The position numbers and the translations under genes were made by a program. A stretch of 63,664 bases of DNA, filler included. It is 13 parts of 13 records of this genome, joined end to end, with 100 filler letters (N's around TTAATTAATTAA, not from the genome) between each part and the next. Parts side by side here need not be neighbours in the genome. Positions count along the whole stretch, not along the records: positions 22,667 to 26,564 come from SRR15195285_155; positions 26,665 to 33,186 come from SRR15195285_156; positions 33,287 to 37,400 come from SRR15195285_157; 10 more parts are not named here. One strand, written 5' to 3'. Shown piece by piece: positions 22,740-33,378 of this stretch. A model generated the notes under the pieces. The model was not told the origin of the DNA and ran no database searches. It saw only the letters and a list, made by a program, of their open reading frames with translations. The stretch's first letter is position 1; each line of letters opens with the position of its first letter.

Positions 22740-25700
22740 ATGCTGCCACACATCGGGGGCGCAGCGACGGAGCGGACGAGGGGGCGGAAGGCGAACCGGT
22801 TCGACTCCGCGGTGGAGTACACGCGGATGGTGGACCCGACGGTGATGACGGACCTGCGGCAGGCGAAGGCAGTGTCCCTCACAGGGCTGTCGAAGCAGCA
22901 GCGGACCCCGCGCTTCAAGCGCTTCATCAACACTGCGCCGCTGGATCGCTTCTTGCTGGTACGCGCCGCCTCAGAGATACTCGAGCACTATTCTCGGCTT
23001 TCCCAGCCGCTACAGTCTGCCGCTACGTCCGCCTGCCTCGGTCTGTCGCTCCCTCGCTTTCTCGCTCTCTCGTCCCTCCCTCCCGGTTTCTCGGCGGTCC
23101 TGGTCTCCCGGTGGATTTTGTAGCTGACAGGTTTTGCCGCGCGTAGGAGTGCCAAGCTTACGTCGACCTGAAGTTCGGCAATGTCGAGGCCGATGACGAG
23201 CATGGTGAGAGCACTTCGTCCGTCCAGGCCAATCAGGCTGAGCTGGACGCGCAGATGAAGGGCATGGCGCAAGCCTATGCCTTCATCCTGATGAAGGAGG
23301 GCCACAACTACCAGCAGATCCACAACGAGAAGATCTTTTTTGAGACTCTGTACGACTTCACTGTCCGCGTCACGAATCAGCGGTTCGGGCCGCGCGTTTG
23401 GTGAGTGCGCACCCATCTGATAGGCTGCCTGGCCTCACCGGGCTGAAGCTCTGCTGTCGGATGTGCCCGCAGGCCGGCTATCACCCAAGAGCTCAACCGA
23501 GTATTTCGATCAAACGGTTTCAACCTTGCCGACGACACACGGGGAGAAAAGGCCATGCAACACTCATACCTGCCGGTGCGCCGCCTGTTTGAGCTGCGAG
23601 AAAACCAACGGATGCAGGGCACTGCTCTTTCCGGGACGCGGCCAGACGACACTCCTCTCCATGGTCTCGTGGCTGCCACTGGAAAATCTCCGATTATCAT
23701 GTCTGCCTTTCACAAGCCAATGCTGCCACACCAGTTGGCTGCCATCGAGATGAGAAAGCCTAGCCCGCCGAGAGTACGGCTGCCCGGGATAGGTTCACGA
23801 AATTCGCAGCAAGTTAGTATGATGGCCCGTGTGAACTCGTACCACGAAATACCGAAAGAATCGAGCACAAGCAGGCCTCGCAGGGTTATGAGAGCAGCCT
23901 TGCCTCCTGCTGGAAAAGTTTCGCCCAAGCCTGAAGAAAAACGTGGCGAAAACATAGCAAAAGAATACAACTGGGCGCGTGCCAGGCGGTACGTGCAGAT
24001 GTCCTCAATACTCGGGTCGAATATCAGTTCGGGCCGCAGGAAAAAGGCCCAGGTCAGCAATATCGCGCCGGCGGCGGAACCTCCGTGCGCAGTGAAAGAG
24101 CCTCGGACTGTGTCGCGAGAAGGCGTCTCGCTAGGGTTTTTGAAGCACATCGTTCAGTGGAGCATGGCATCGCAATACCCGAGAACAATGAGTGATGGAA
24201 GGGAGGTGCATTCCTATCGAGAACTGACATGCGAGGACATCGTCAACATCCTCGTGCTACCGCGCACACACGATGAGGAGCAACAGGAGAGCTGCAGTTA
24301 CACGGAAATTTTAGTGCGGAATCGCCAGGCCTATGATAACCGCCCTGCAGCTGGCAGGGCGACTGTATTCGTCACTTACTGTCGCCGGTATTTGTTTGTG
24401 GAGCTTGTGGAAGCGTTGTCCGATTTCCAGGACAAGTACATGTGGATTGACATGTGGTCAGTAGACCAGACTGAGCTCATCAAGAATCGTATCGATGCAG
24501 AGTGGCTCACAGCTTTGGAGAAGACTGCGAAAGAAATTGCACACACAGTTGTAGTGTTTGACCAGTGGGAAAGCGCCATGCCGCTATCTCGTTTGTGGTG
24601 CCTGTACGAGCTCGCCATTACTGCAGGCACCTATATCACCTTCGGTGTTGTACTGATTGCACAGGGGGCGTCTGATCTGCAACAGGCTATGATGAAGTCG
24701 TTCAAACAGCTAGCGGATTCGGTGCAAATTGACTTCGCCAATGCGAATATCGAGGACGACAATGAGCGCAGTGTGCTCATTGGTGCTCTCGGTGACGACA
24801 CCCTAATTGATAGGCAAAGTGATATCGAGAGCATGATACGGGACTGGCTGGCCGATCAGGGACGGAAAGCCTTTCGCAGCATGCCGTCAGAGCTACGTGC
24901 AACGTCGGACCTAGCAGAACAACTTGTAGAACAACTGAAAAGTCTTGGCAGACTAACTGAGGCGCTGCCCTTGACGCGCCAACGGCTGGCTGGTGCAAAG
25001 ATGAAGCACGGTGAAAATTCAAAAGAGAGTCTGGCATGCATGCATACCCTCGGCGAGCTGCATCATTTGCGTTGGGTTTGCAAAGATGGCGATGCTTACA
25101 ACGAGTTGAGTTTGGCGTTGCCGCTGCTTTCTGAATCTCTACGAGGCCGACGTGAGCTTTTTGGGTTGATGGACATAAACACGCTGAGTACGGCAGACAA
25201 GCTTGCCCTGGTGCATTACGATATGGGTGACCTTGAGTCTGCGCAAGCGCTTGCCGAAGAGGCAGTGGCAGGTTTCACCAAGTTGCTAGGCGACAACCAC
25301 CTTTACTTGCTGACGGCAAAGCAGAATCTGGGCCAGATCTTGCGTGAACTGGACCTGTTGGATAGAGCGCTGCCACTGCATGTGGAGGCGTACGAGGGTA
25401 AGCAACGTGCCTATGGACCAGATTCACCTGAGACAATCGATTCAGCCAGCGCGCTTGGGTTATTATATGCGGCACGTGGCGAGAACGGGTCGGCCGCTGA
25501 AGCTCTTCGTACGGCATTCAAAAGCAATTGCGCCGTGCGCGGCAACAGCCACCCCAGCACCATCATGGACGCGAAGAAGCTGCGTAGTGTGCTGATTAAT
25601 CTGAAGGCGACGTCGGTCAACGAGACTGGCGTCTACAATCTCGAGCTCGCGGAGCTTGACAAGTTCATCGACGGCGAGAGGAAGAATTCGACTGGCGTTC

Positions 25701-26200
25701 TGGCTCAACTTGATTCCATGGCGTCAACAAGCGTCCGAGGCCGACGTGGCGAAAATCTCGAGATCATGGAGTCGGTATACGACGACTGCCGCAAATCACA
25801 CGGCAACCATGACCCTCGAACGTTGGAATGTCTTGCCTTGATCGGCTGGCACCATCACGTACACGGAACAAACTCTAATATCGCGGTGAACAACCTCAGG
25901 CAGGCATTAGTAGGTCTGACTAATTTGGTAGATGAGAACGGCGTCCACCACCCGCTTGTGCCCAAGGTAGCGAAGCAACTGAGCGTGACGCTAGAGAAGC
26001 TATCACAGCAAGAAGTCGATGGCCACCAGGAGCAGGTGCAGCTCGACGCCTCGGAGATGCACATTCTGAAGGAATTGTGCATGTCAACACACGAGAAGGC
26101 TCAGCGAGGACGTCGGCGCGTTTGGAAGGCCGCGAAGACGGCAGTCATGTTGCAATCCGCGCTGACAAACTCTATCGACCAAACGAACGACCATGAATAG
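22740..26200 (+). CDS. PPP1R36-like N-terminal region + TIR/HET-like domain + kinesin-light-chain-type TPR repeats; introns 22959-23146, 23401-23472
   Basis: Spliced FFETLYDF...ELNRVFRSNGFN. ATVFVTY...MWIDMWSVDQ...PLSRLWCLYEL. TPRs such as LGDNHLYLLTAKQNLGQIL and YGPDSPETIDSASALGLLY. Confidence 0.75.
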
Positions 26201-26521
26201 ATGTGGCCTTAGCAATAGTCTTCCTGCAACTCACTTTGCCTACTAACCAGTTGTGGCATGGCAATCATTTTAGGCTCTATTGACAATAGAAACCGAGGCT
26301 GAGTGTGTCCTAACCGTCTGTGGCGGTTTCCGCTAGTAAAAGCAGAAACCGCCACAGACGTCGCCAAGCTGGCCACGTGGCGCCAATCGGCGCTGGGCGG
26401 TGAGCGGGTGGCGGCACCAATCGGCACTGAGCGATGGCGGCGTGGCGCTGGGCGGTGGGCCGTCGCCGTTAATTCACGCGGAATGATTCTGAAGCGCCGG
26501 GGTGCTTCGTAAAATAAGACA

Positions 26522-26554
26522 TGTTGAAGACCTGTTGAAGACCTGTTGAAGACC
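26522..26554. repeat. Tandem repeat (TGTTGAAGACC)x3
   Basis: Three exact 11-nt copies at the contig end. Confidence 0.9.
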
Positions 26555-26664
26555 TTACATGTAANNNNNNNNNNNNNNNNNNNNNNNNNNNNNNNNNNNN
26601 NNNNNNNNTTAATTAATTAANNNNNNNNNNNNNNNNNNNNNNNNNNNNNNNNNNNNNNNNNNNN

Positions 26665-28190
26665 AGGAGAACACAAGTTTGGAGGATGGATCTGCCCGAG
26701 GCGGGTGCCGAGTTGGGCAACTGCTGGGGCGCGTCGAGACCAAACCTGATAGGAATTCTGCAAAATCGCCAGGAATTGCAGTTCTCTGCGAAGGATCGCC
26801 TGCCACTGCAGAGGACGGCAAGGCGATCGTGCTGACGCCGGAGGAGCGGCGCCTTACGCTGGCCCACTGCCTGATGAAAGTCGGATGGACGATCGGGTTT
26901 GGGCTGTCGTCGGCGGCGCGCATGGAGCACGTGATTGCGCTGTGCGGGAACGACATGGTTCGGCTCTCTCAGTTCAACAGCACCGCGTGGGGCCTCAACA
27001 GAATGTGCGCGGCCGTGTTAGGCCCCATCGTCGCCTCGCTGTCGGATGCGTACGGTAGGCTGCCTTTCTTGCTGCTCGGGCGCCTCGGCCTCGGATGCTG
27101 GTTTGCGGGATGCGCGGCGAGCACCAAGCTCTGGCACTACGCCCTGACTGAGCAGCTCACGTGGGGTTTCCTCATGTGTGGCTGGGAAGCTGTTGAGGAC
27201 GCGTTCTTTGCAGATCTCTTCGGCGAGAGGCCGGAGCTATCAGGTCGCATTCGCTCCCGCAATGGGTTTTGGTCGGGGATCGCAGGCTTCGTTGCGCCGT
27301 TCGTGGGGATCGCGTGCGCCTCGCGCAGCCGACTCGGAACGATTCTTCTTGGCGCCGTCAGTCAGTTGCTGCAGTGTGGCGTGATTCTGTGGCATGGTGA
27401 AACTCTGTCTGCGCCAAACCGAAAACCCTTCAAGCTGGCGATGGCCAATCCTTTCTCGTCACTGACCCTGCTCTTCCGAAATGGTCAGGGGTTGCGTCGT
27501 CTCGGTTACTGCGCGACCTGCTTCACTGGGTGTGCCTCGTCGTGGGGCACCCAAGAGCCGTTCCAGTTTGGCGCACCACCGGTTGGCGTTGGAATGTCAC
27601 CAGCAGAAGGGTCCGTCTTCGACGCCGTTTTCCAAGCATCCGGTGCCGTGAGTCAGGGATTGGTCGTCCAGCCACTCTTGAAGCGCCTTGGCAATCGCCG
27701 CTGCTTTCAGTGGACTTCTGTGAGTGCTGCTGTGTTCTACGTTCTCATGAGCCAGTCGTGGCGTCCGCTTGGGGCCTCGCACTACCGTCGATTGGCGCAG
27801 TACTTCGTCGCGATGGCTTTGCTACAGTCACCTTTCAACGAGCCAAGCTTCTTTTGCATCCAGCCGATGGTGATGAAGCAAGGCATCGCCGCTTGTCCAG
27901 AAGCAGGCAAAGGGGCGATCGCAGCGGCATACTCTGGACTGGAGAATGTCATGGGCTCCATCGGTATTTTCCTCCTTGGCTGGCTTGCGCGGGGGTTTAT
28001 CCGAGGGGAACGTGAGGGCTGGTTGCCGCGGTGGTTGGCTTGGGGAGGTGGCGGACACTTCGTGCTGTGCGCTATGGTGCGCTTTATTGGCGCTGTGATC
28101 CTCTGGACGACACCCGACCACCAACTTCACCTGACAGAAGAATCAACCGAGGCTGTTGCAGAGTCTAGCAGGGACGAAAAGCGGGAGTGA
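26665..28190 (+). CDS. MFS transporter (DHA1/TetA-like), probably 5' partial
   Basis: MFS motif A SLSDAYGRLPFL; FFADLF; ETL...RKPF...NPFS linker; LLKRLGNRR; many TM segments. Confidence 0.85.
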
Positions 28191-28335
28191 ATGCAAGACA
28201 ACTGTCACAATACGTACTAGACGCGTTTTGCCGGTGCTGTGACTGGCAAAGCCTCGCACCGCCGTCCTCGCTCGGCGCTTTCAACTACACATCCACTGCA
28301 GTGCGCGCGATCGAAGCTGAGAACGATTGAAGCAC

Positions 28336-28435
28336 GAACCTTCTCACATTACGTCTCACCACTGTAAGCCCCGGGCGTCACGGCTTGGGTCCCCCCAAGG
28401 CGTAGCCCCCGAAACTCACAGCGGGTCACAGATCC
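28336..28435 (-). promoter_or_regulatory. Putative non-canonical SECIS element in the thioredoxin 3' UTR
   Basis: Sense strand reads GUGAC-[17-bp helix, 12 Watson-Crick + 5 G-U]-apical stem with GGGA loop-UGAG, about 40 nt after the stop codon of a gene with an in-frame TGA. Confidence 0.6.
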
Positions 28436-28469
28436 AAGCCAGCCTGGCTCCACATCACTGCTCCTTAAA

Positions 28470-28946
28470 CTAGTCGCTCTTGGTGCTGGTTCCAACGGCC
28501 CCATTCTCCACGAGTACCTTGGCAATAGCATCCTGGGCGAAACCGCCCTGGGTGAACACCTCGGCCTTGTCCTTGAAGACTTTGAAGGTCGGGAAGGCTG
28601 ACACGTTGTTCGCTGACAGTACCTCCCGCGCCTGATCACCGTCCACCTTGACGAACACCACGGACTCCTCCGTGTACTTCTCGCTCATCTGACCGTAGAT
28701 GGGCGCGACACCCTTGCACGGCGGTCACCAGGTGGCGTAAAACTCAGCACATACCACCTTTTTCTCGGCGGCGGCCTTTGCAAGCGTCGCTGTCCAATCT
28801 GCCATCGAAGCGATGGACTTGACTCGGCCGCCGGTCTCGGGGAAGGGCTGCTGGGACTGCCAGATCCGGTAGATCACAAAAAGCAAGAGCAGTGCGTTGA
28901 GTGGGTTGTCCTGCAGGTACGCGATCACGCTGCCCACGTCCAGCAT
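28470..28946 (-). CDS. Membrane-anchored thioredoxin with a selenocysteine active site (WUPPC), 158 aa
   Basis: ORFs 28725..28946 and 28470..28688 share a frame. The sequence reads VVCAEFYATW-TGA(28727-28725)-PPCKGVAPIY...VFVKVDGD...VSAFPTFKVFK. N-terminal hydrophobic segment LNALLLLFVIYRIW. Confidence 0.9.
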
Positions 28947-29089
28947 GGGGGGCGCACGGGATCGGACGACTGCGCACGTGGATGGATCCGTCCGCGGAGT
29001 CTCGGCGCGCGAGCGCGCGGGTGACGACGACGACGTCCACGCGCGCGCCGCCGGCGCCGCGCTGGCCCGGGCGGAGCTGGCGCTGGCCG

Positions 29090-29980
29090 ATGATGGTGCA
29101 GCTGGTCACTGTGCTCACGCTGGCGTCCATCGCTGACACACATGCCGCAAGCGGCAGTGACCAGGGCACGCGCGTGCCGTCGCCGGTATTGGCGCCGCCC
29201 AGCTGCAACGGTGGGTTCTGCTCCTCGCTAGCGCACTATCCGGTGAACGGGACGCAGACATACGCTGAGTTCGATGTCCCAGCTCTGCCGAAGAAGATTG
29301 GGCCAACGTTCTTCGTTTATTACAACATCGACTGGCAGGCGGCTGGACCCAAAGGCTCAGACGCTAGGATGAATCAGTTCGTTCCGCAGCTCATGCTGGG
29401 CAACCCGCTGTGCAACTCCTCCGGCCCGCCAGATTACAGACCAAAGTGGCACGAAGAGAGCACGTGGGTGTTCGGAGCACAGTATTTCTTCGAGATTTTC
29501 AATGAGACTGCCAACGCGACACAGGGCCACGCGGCTACAGGTGAGATGTTTGGCACACAGGAGGGCGAGGTCATCTTCACACGGTACACGTTGTCGAAGG
29601 ACTGGGTTTGGACACTGGAAATGGGTGTCAAAGGGGACCCGTCGCGCCTCAGCACTGTAATCGCTGAGAAGCCGTTTATGGGCCTGCTGCCTGAGTCGCA
29701 AACCAAGTCGTGGTCGGAGCCGATCTATGCAGAAGCATGGGGCAACGCGTGCTGGGAGCTGTACGGAATCGCAGAAGCAGCCAACTATCCAAGCAGTGGA
29801 ATGACCTTCACATGGACTGTCACGGCAGATGTGCCGGGGTCAATCGAGTGGAGCGATTGGAGCGCGCACTCCGCAACTTGCCCCGGTCATCCACAGCAAA
29901 ACATATCTTGGACGAATACCCCTCAGCAGCAAGTTGTCACATGGAAAATTTACTACGAGGAACAACAGCCTGGCGCTTAG
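29090..29980 (+). CDS. Secreted hypothetical protein (296 aa, beta-rich)
   Basis: Signal peptide MMVQLVTVLTLASIADTHAA. Intronless, Trp/Tyr-rich, with NQFVPQLMLG and CWELYG motifs. Confidence 0.75.
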   Translation: MMVQLVTVLTLASIADTHAASGSDQGTRVPSPVLAPPSCNGGFCSSLAHYPVNGTQTYAEFDVPALPKKIGPTFFVYYNIDWQAAGPKGSDARMNQFVPQLMLGNPLCNSSGPPDYRPKWHEESTWVFGAQYFFEIFNETANATQGHAATGEMFGTQEGEVIFTRYTLSKDWVWTLEMGVKGDPSRLSTVIAEKPFMGLLPESQTKSWSEPIYAEAWGNACWELYGIAEAANYPSSGMTFTWTVTADVPGSIEWSDWSAHSATCPGHPQQNISWTNTPQQQVVTWKIYYEEQQPGA

Positions 29981-30065
29981 CGAACAGCGAGGATGTAGTT
30001 TATTGCAATTAAAATGCTGAGTGCATCAACCACTGTGCGAGCCTACGCGTAGTAGTGATGTCGAT

Positions 30066-32026
30066 CTAAACGTGCGGTGGAGCCGCAGCAAAGGCCGACC
30101 CCATTCGCCACGCGCTCACCATCGCCGTACAACTGGTTGCAGATTGAGCGTGGACGTTGCCACTGCTGGAGGCAAAGACCTGCACGCCGTTTCCGTAGCC
30201 ACGCCCACGTCGCGATGAGCGGTGAGAATCTAGATTGCTGCTGATGCTCGTACCATTTTCGCTGACAACACTAAGCAACCGCATTGGCACGGACATCCGA
30301 AGCCTGCCATACTGTGCGTACACCTCCACAACTGGACGATCGAGGAGCACACGCAAGCTAAAAGTCTGCTGCATCTCCGCCTCGCGTCCGACCAAAGGCA
30401 CAGGCACGATCTTGGAGCTCCCTTCTGATGGTGACACAGACATGCTGGCGCCAGAGGCACCACTGCCGCCTGCAATCCATGAGAGGTTGAAGCGCGCTTC
30501 ACCCCATTGCTCCACGCCAACACGGAACCTCACACCAAAACTCAGATTGCGACTGTTGCTCGGACTGCGATGAAGACTTTGTCTAGCTGGTCGTGTAAAA
30601 CTGAAGTTCGCGACAATATCGAGAGAGTCGCCTGCATTGTGGCAGCCGGGCACGTCAACGCCTGTCTCTGGTGCGTGCAGTGGTACTTCCACGCCTCCCG
30701 CTTGGGTAAGCTCACGCTCTCGCAATTGGGCCACCTCAGCAACAGGATTGATGAGGAGTTGCTGCGTGGTGTTGTCCCATACGACCTCCCGTGGTACAGA
30801 CATGTACCCATCCATCAGGACCCCCGACGTGTTCGCTCCATCGGACACGACTGGAGACGCGATCCAGCTCCAGAGGAGCCGTCTTTGAGTGACCGGATCA
30901 GTGAAGGACTTACTAGCGTGGCCACGCCCAGCATCGTAGTATCCATTAACGAAGCGTGGAGTGAATTGCACACTGGTCGCGTTGTAATCTCCGATCCAAA
31001 CTCGATCTTTGCCACAGAGCGCCTCGTAGACTCTCTCGTTCGGAGCCATTCCAGGGGCGCGGTAAAGCTCAGGGCAGCTGACGAAGGGACACTCGCTGCC
31101 GCGGTCAGTCTTGTTGACAGAACCATCAGGATCTAGTGGCGTCACGATATCGAACAATGAGTGCTCTCGTCGCCAGGAACGGAAATCGGCCGAAGAGTAG
31201 AGCAAGTTCAAGCCATACTTCCTCGCGCGTGGCCGAGAGCCGACGGGCAGCGTCTTGCTTCCAGCTACGAACATCCACCACCGGCCATCTTCCCCTCTCC
31301 ACGCTGCCGAGTCGTCGTGGAGGCGCGAGCTGTTGATTGTCTTTGAGTCGGACGGAATCACGAGGCGCTTTGTCCAGTGGCGAAGTAGTGGGTCATCACG
31401 ATCAGCGGGCAGAGCCAGACACTGTCCCATGTCGATGTACGGCCCACCGCCGGAGCCAGCCGGTGGGGTAACGGTATGTACGCCTGGATACATCAGCGAC
31501 GGGATGCCGTCGACAATCGTGGCTGAGCCAGTGAAGCATCCCTCGATGTCTGGACAACTGGTCTTGCCATCAGGCTGGATCGGCTCGCCCAAGTAGCTCC
31601 AGCTTGCCAAATCCTTAGAGATGAAGTGGCTCCAGCCTATCTTGTCTTCTTTTCGCAGACGAAACTGCATGAACAGATGAAAATATCCCGTCTGTGGGTC
31701 CCGGAACGGCGCGTTGGGCTTCATTGCGTCGAGCCAAGTTAGGTGAGATAACAGCGCCGCGGCGAATCACACGTCGGAGGTGGTCAGAGGTGGACACACA
31801 ATTTCGCAGCAGCTTGCAGCGGACCGGGGCGCAAAGTTGGGAGCTGCGCGGGGTCTGAGCTCACGTCGTTGACGTGACCGCGCGGCGGCCTGATGTGAAA
31901 AACAGGGAAGAAACTCTCGTCGAATTGCCTTGCACGATTGCCTACTGTACTAGCAGCTGCTGGAGCGGATCGTTCAGAGCACCACAGAGTGGGAATCATG
32001 ACCAGCAGCCGGGCAAGCACCGCCAT
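30066..32026 (-). CDS. Secreted glycoside hydrolase family 32 (invertase/fructanase-like); intron 31719-31864
   Basis: Splicing rebuilds FHIRPPRGHVND|PNAPF. FHLFMQ, WSHFISKDL, GCFTGSAT, ASKSF, RRLLWSW, SVPREV, and the C-terminal LRVLLDRPVVEVY sandwich. Confidence 0.9.
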
Positions 32027-32190
32027 GAACCGAGCTCTCGATCGCGCGCCGCGCGCGGTCGATCTTCACGCGCGCAGTTCGTTCGCGTTTAGCTCGCGCA
32101 TGCGCCGGGCCCGCGGACACGATTATATATCATGCATATATCAATATTTACCGACCGCGCGCCGGTGCTGCTGGGGTGGGGTGTGCGGAG

Positions 32191-33186
32191 ATGTGGTGGC
32201 TGGCGGCCAGCGCAGCAGTGGCTCTCGTGGACATCGTTGGCGGACAGAGCGTGGCGTGCGATCTGGCGAACTGCACGTGCGGTGGAGTGGACCTGAGCTC
32301 TCTCAAGGTTCGTCCAGCACCGCTCTTCTCCTGCGCGCATGCCTGCCGCCCCCTCGCGGAGTCCCCTCCGCCCCGGGCGCCCGCGCGCACCAGTGCCAAC
32401 GCCCGCCACCATCTCTGACACAGCCCCGGAGCCATGCGCCGCTGCAGCTGATACGCCAATGCCCGCCCCGTCCCTGCCACACGCGCGCCCTCCCTGGCAA
32501 CTCCTGCCACGGACGACCCAGCTCCACCTGGGGCTGACCCGCCGCCCCGTTCGACTGTGTCTCAGGGGAAGGTGTACAAAGCGCCGACAGATGCCGAGGG
32601 ATATGCCTACAGCCTCGCTATCTGCGGCGAGATCCCGAAGGCCGAGTTGCCGTCCGGCTGCCAGCAGTACGCGGAGCACCCGTCCGTGGTCAAGTACAAG
32701 GGCGACAACCCCGCCGACTGTATCGAGATAGGTTCCATCGGGCCATGCTCCCAAGGCGAGTGCGGCATGACGGGCGCGCCGGGCGCGGGCGGTGGGGTGG
32801 TCGTGACCTACACCTACACGTACGGGTGCAAGAACACCTTCACGCTGACCATGACCCCGGGGAACGCCCCAGCCCCGGGCCAGGTCACGTCCAACGAGTG
32901 CTCGTACACGGCGTCGTGGGCAGGCCTGCGGTCGAAACCCCTGCCGCCGAACCCTCCGCTGTGCATGTCCAAGTTCTGTGAGCGGACGAAATGCCCAGCC
33001 AGTCACCCGGTCTCGAAGTCGGTCGAAGGCGACTGCTGCTTTGGCTGGCTGGGCAAGTGCCACGAGTGCTGCACGGCCACGCGTTGTGAGCCCAAGCCCG
33101 GAGAACCACCGGCGTACAAGGCCGCCTGCGAGGCTGCAACCACGGAAGCGGAATGCGCCAAGCTGAACCAGACGTGCACGTGGCCC
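32191..33186 (+). CDS. Secreted/luminal protein with an MRH (mannose-6-phosphate-receptor homology)-like domain and Cys-rich tail, 3' partial; intron 32308-32565
   Basis: Signal peptide; DLSSLK|G...YAYSLAICG...C...IG...GVVVTYTY...C...ECSYTASW pattern. Confidence 0.65.
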
Positions 33187-33378
33187 NNNNNNNNNNNNNN
33201 NNNNNNNNNNNNNNNNNNNNNNNNNNNNNNTTAATTAATTAANNNNNNNNNNNNNNNNNNNNNNNNNNNNNNNNNNNNNNNNNNNNACTCCACAAGAATC
33301 CAACCCAGCCTGTGTGTGACTCGGGGTCGGCGCCTGGGAAGGCCTATACCTTGGGTATAGACCCATTTGAACTGCAGG

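Noticed and set aside
26522-26554. Short direct repeats (also 36504-36594, 37287-37322, 48975-49034) as CRISPR-like arrays
   Set aside because: Head-to-tail copies without unique spacers, no cas genes, eukaryotic context.
28725-28730. TG|GTGA as a splice donor, or a general UGA reassignment
   Set aside because: The thioredoxin motif continues immediately after the TGA with no sequence to remove, and TGA is an ordinary stop in other genes (e.g. 6718-6720, 21020-21022, 28188-28190).
32308-32565. Introner-like repeated introns
   Set aside because: I saw no shared internal sequence, terminal inverted repeats or target duplications among the inferred introns by eye.
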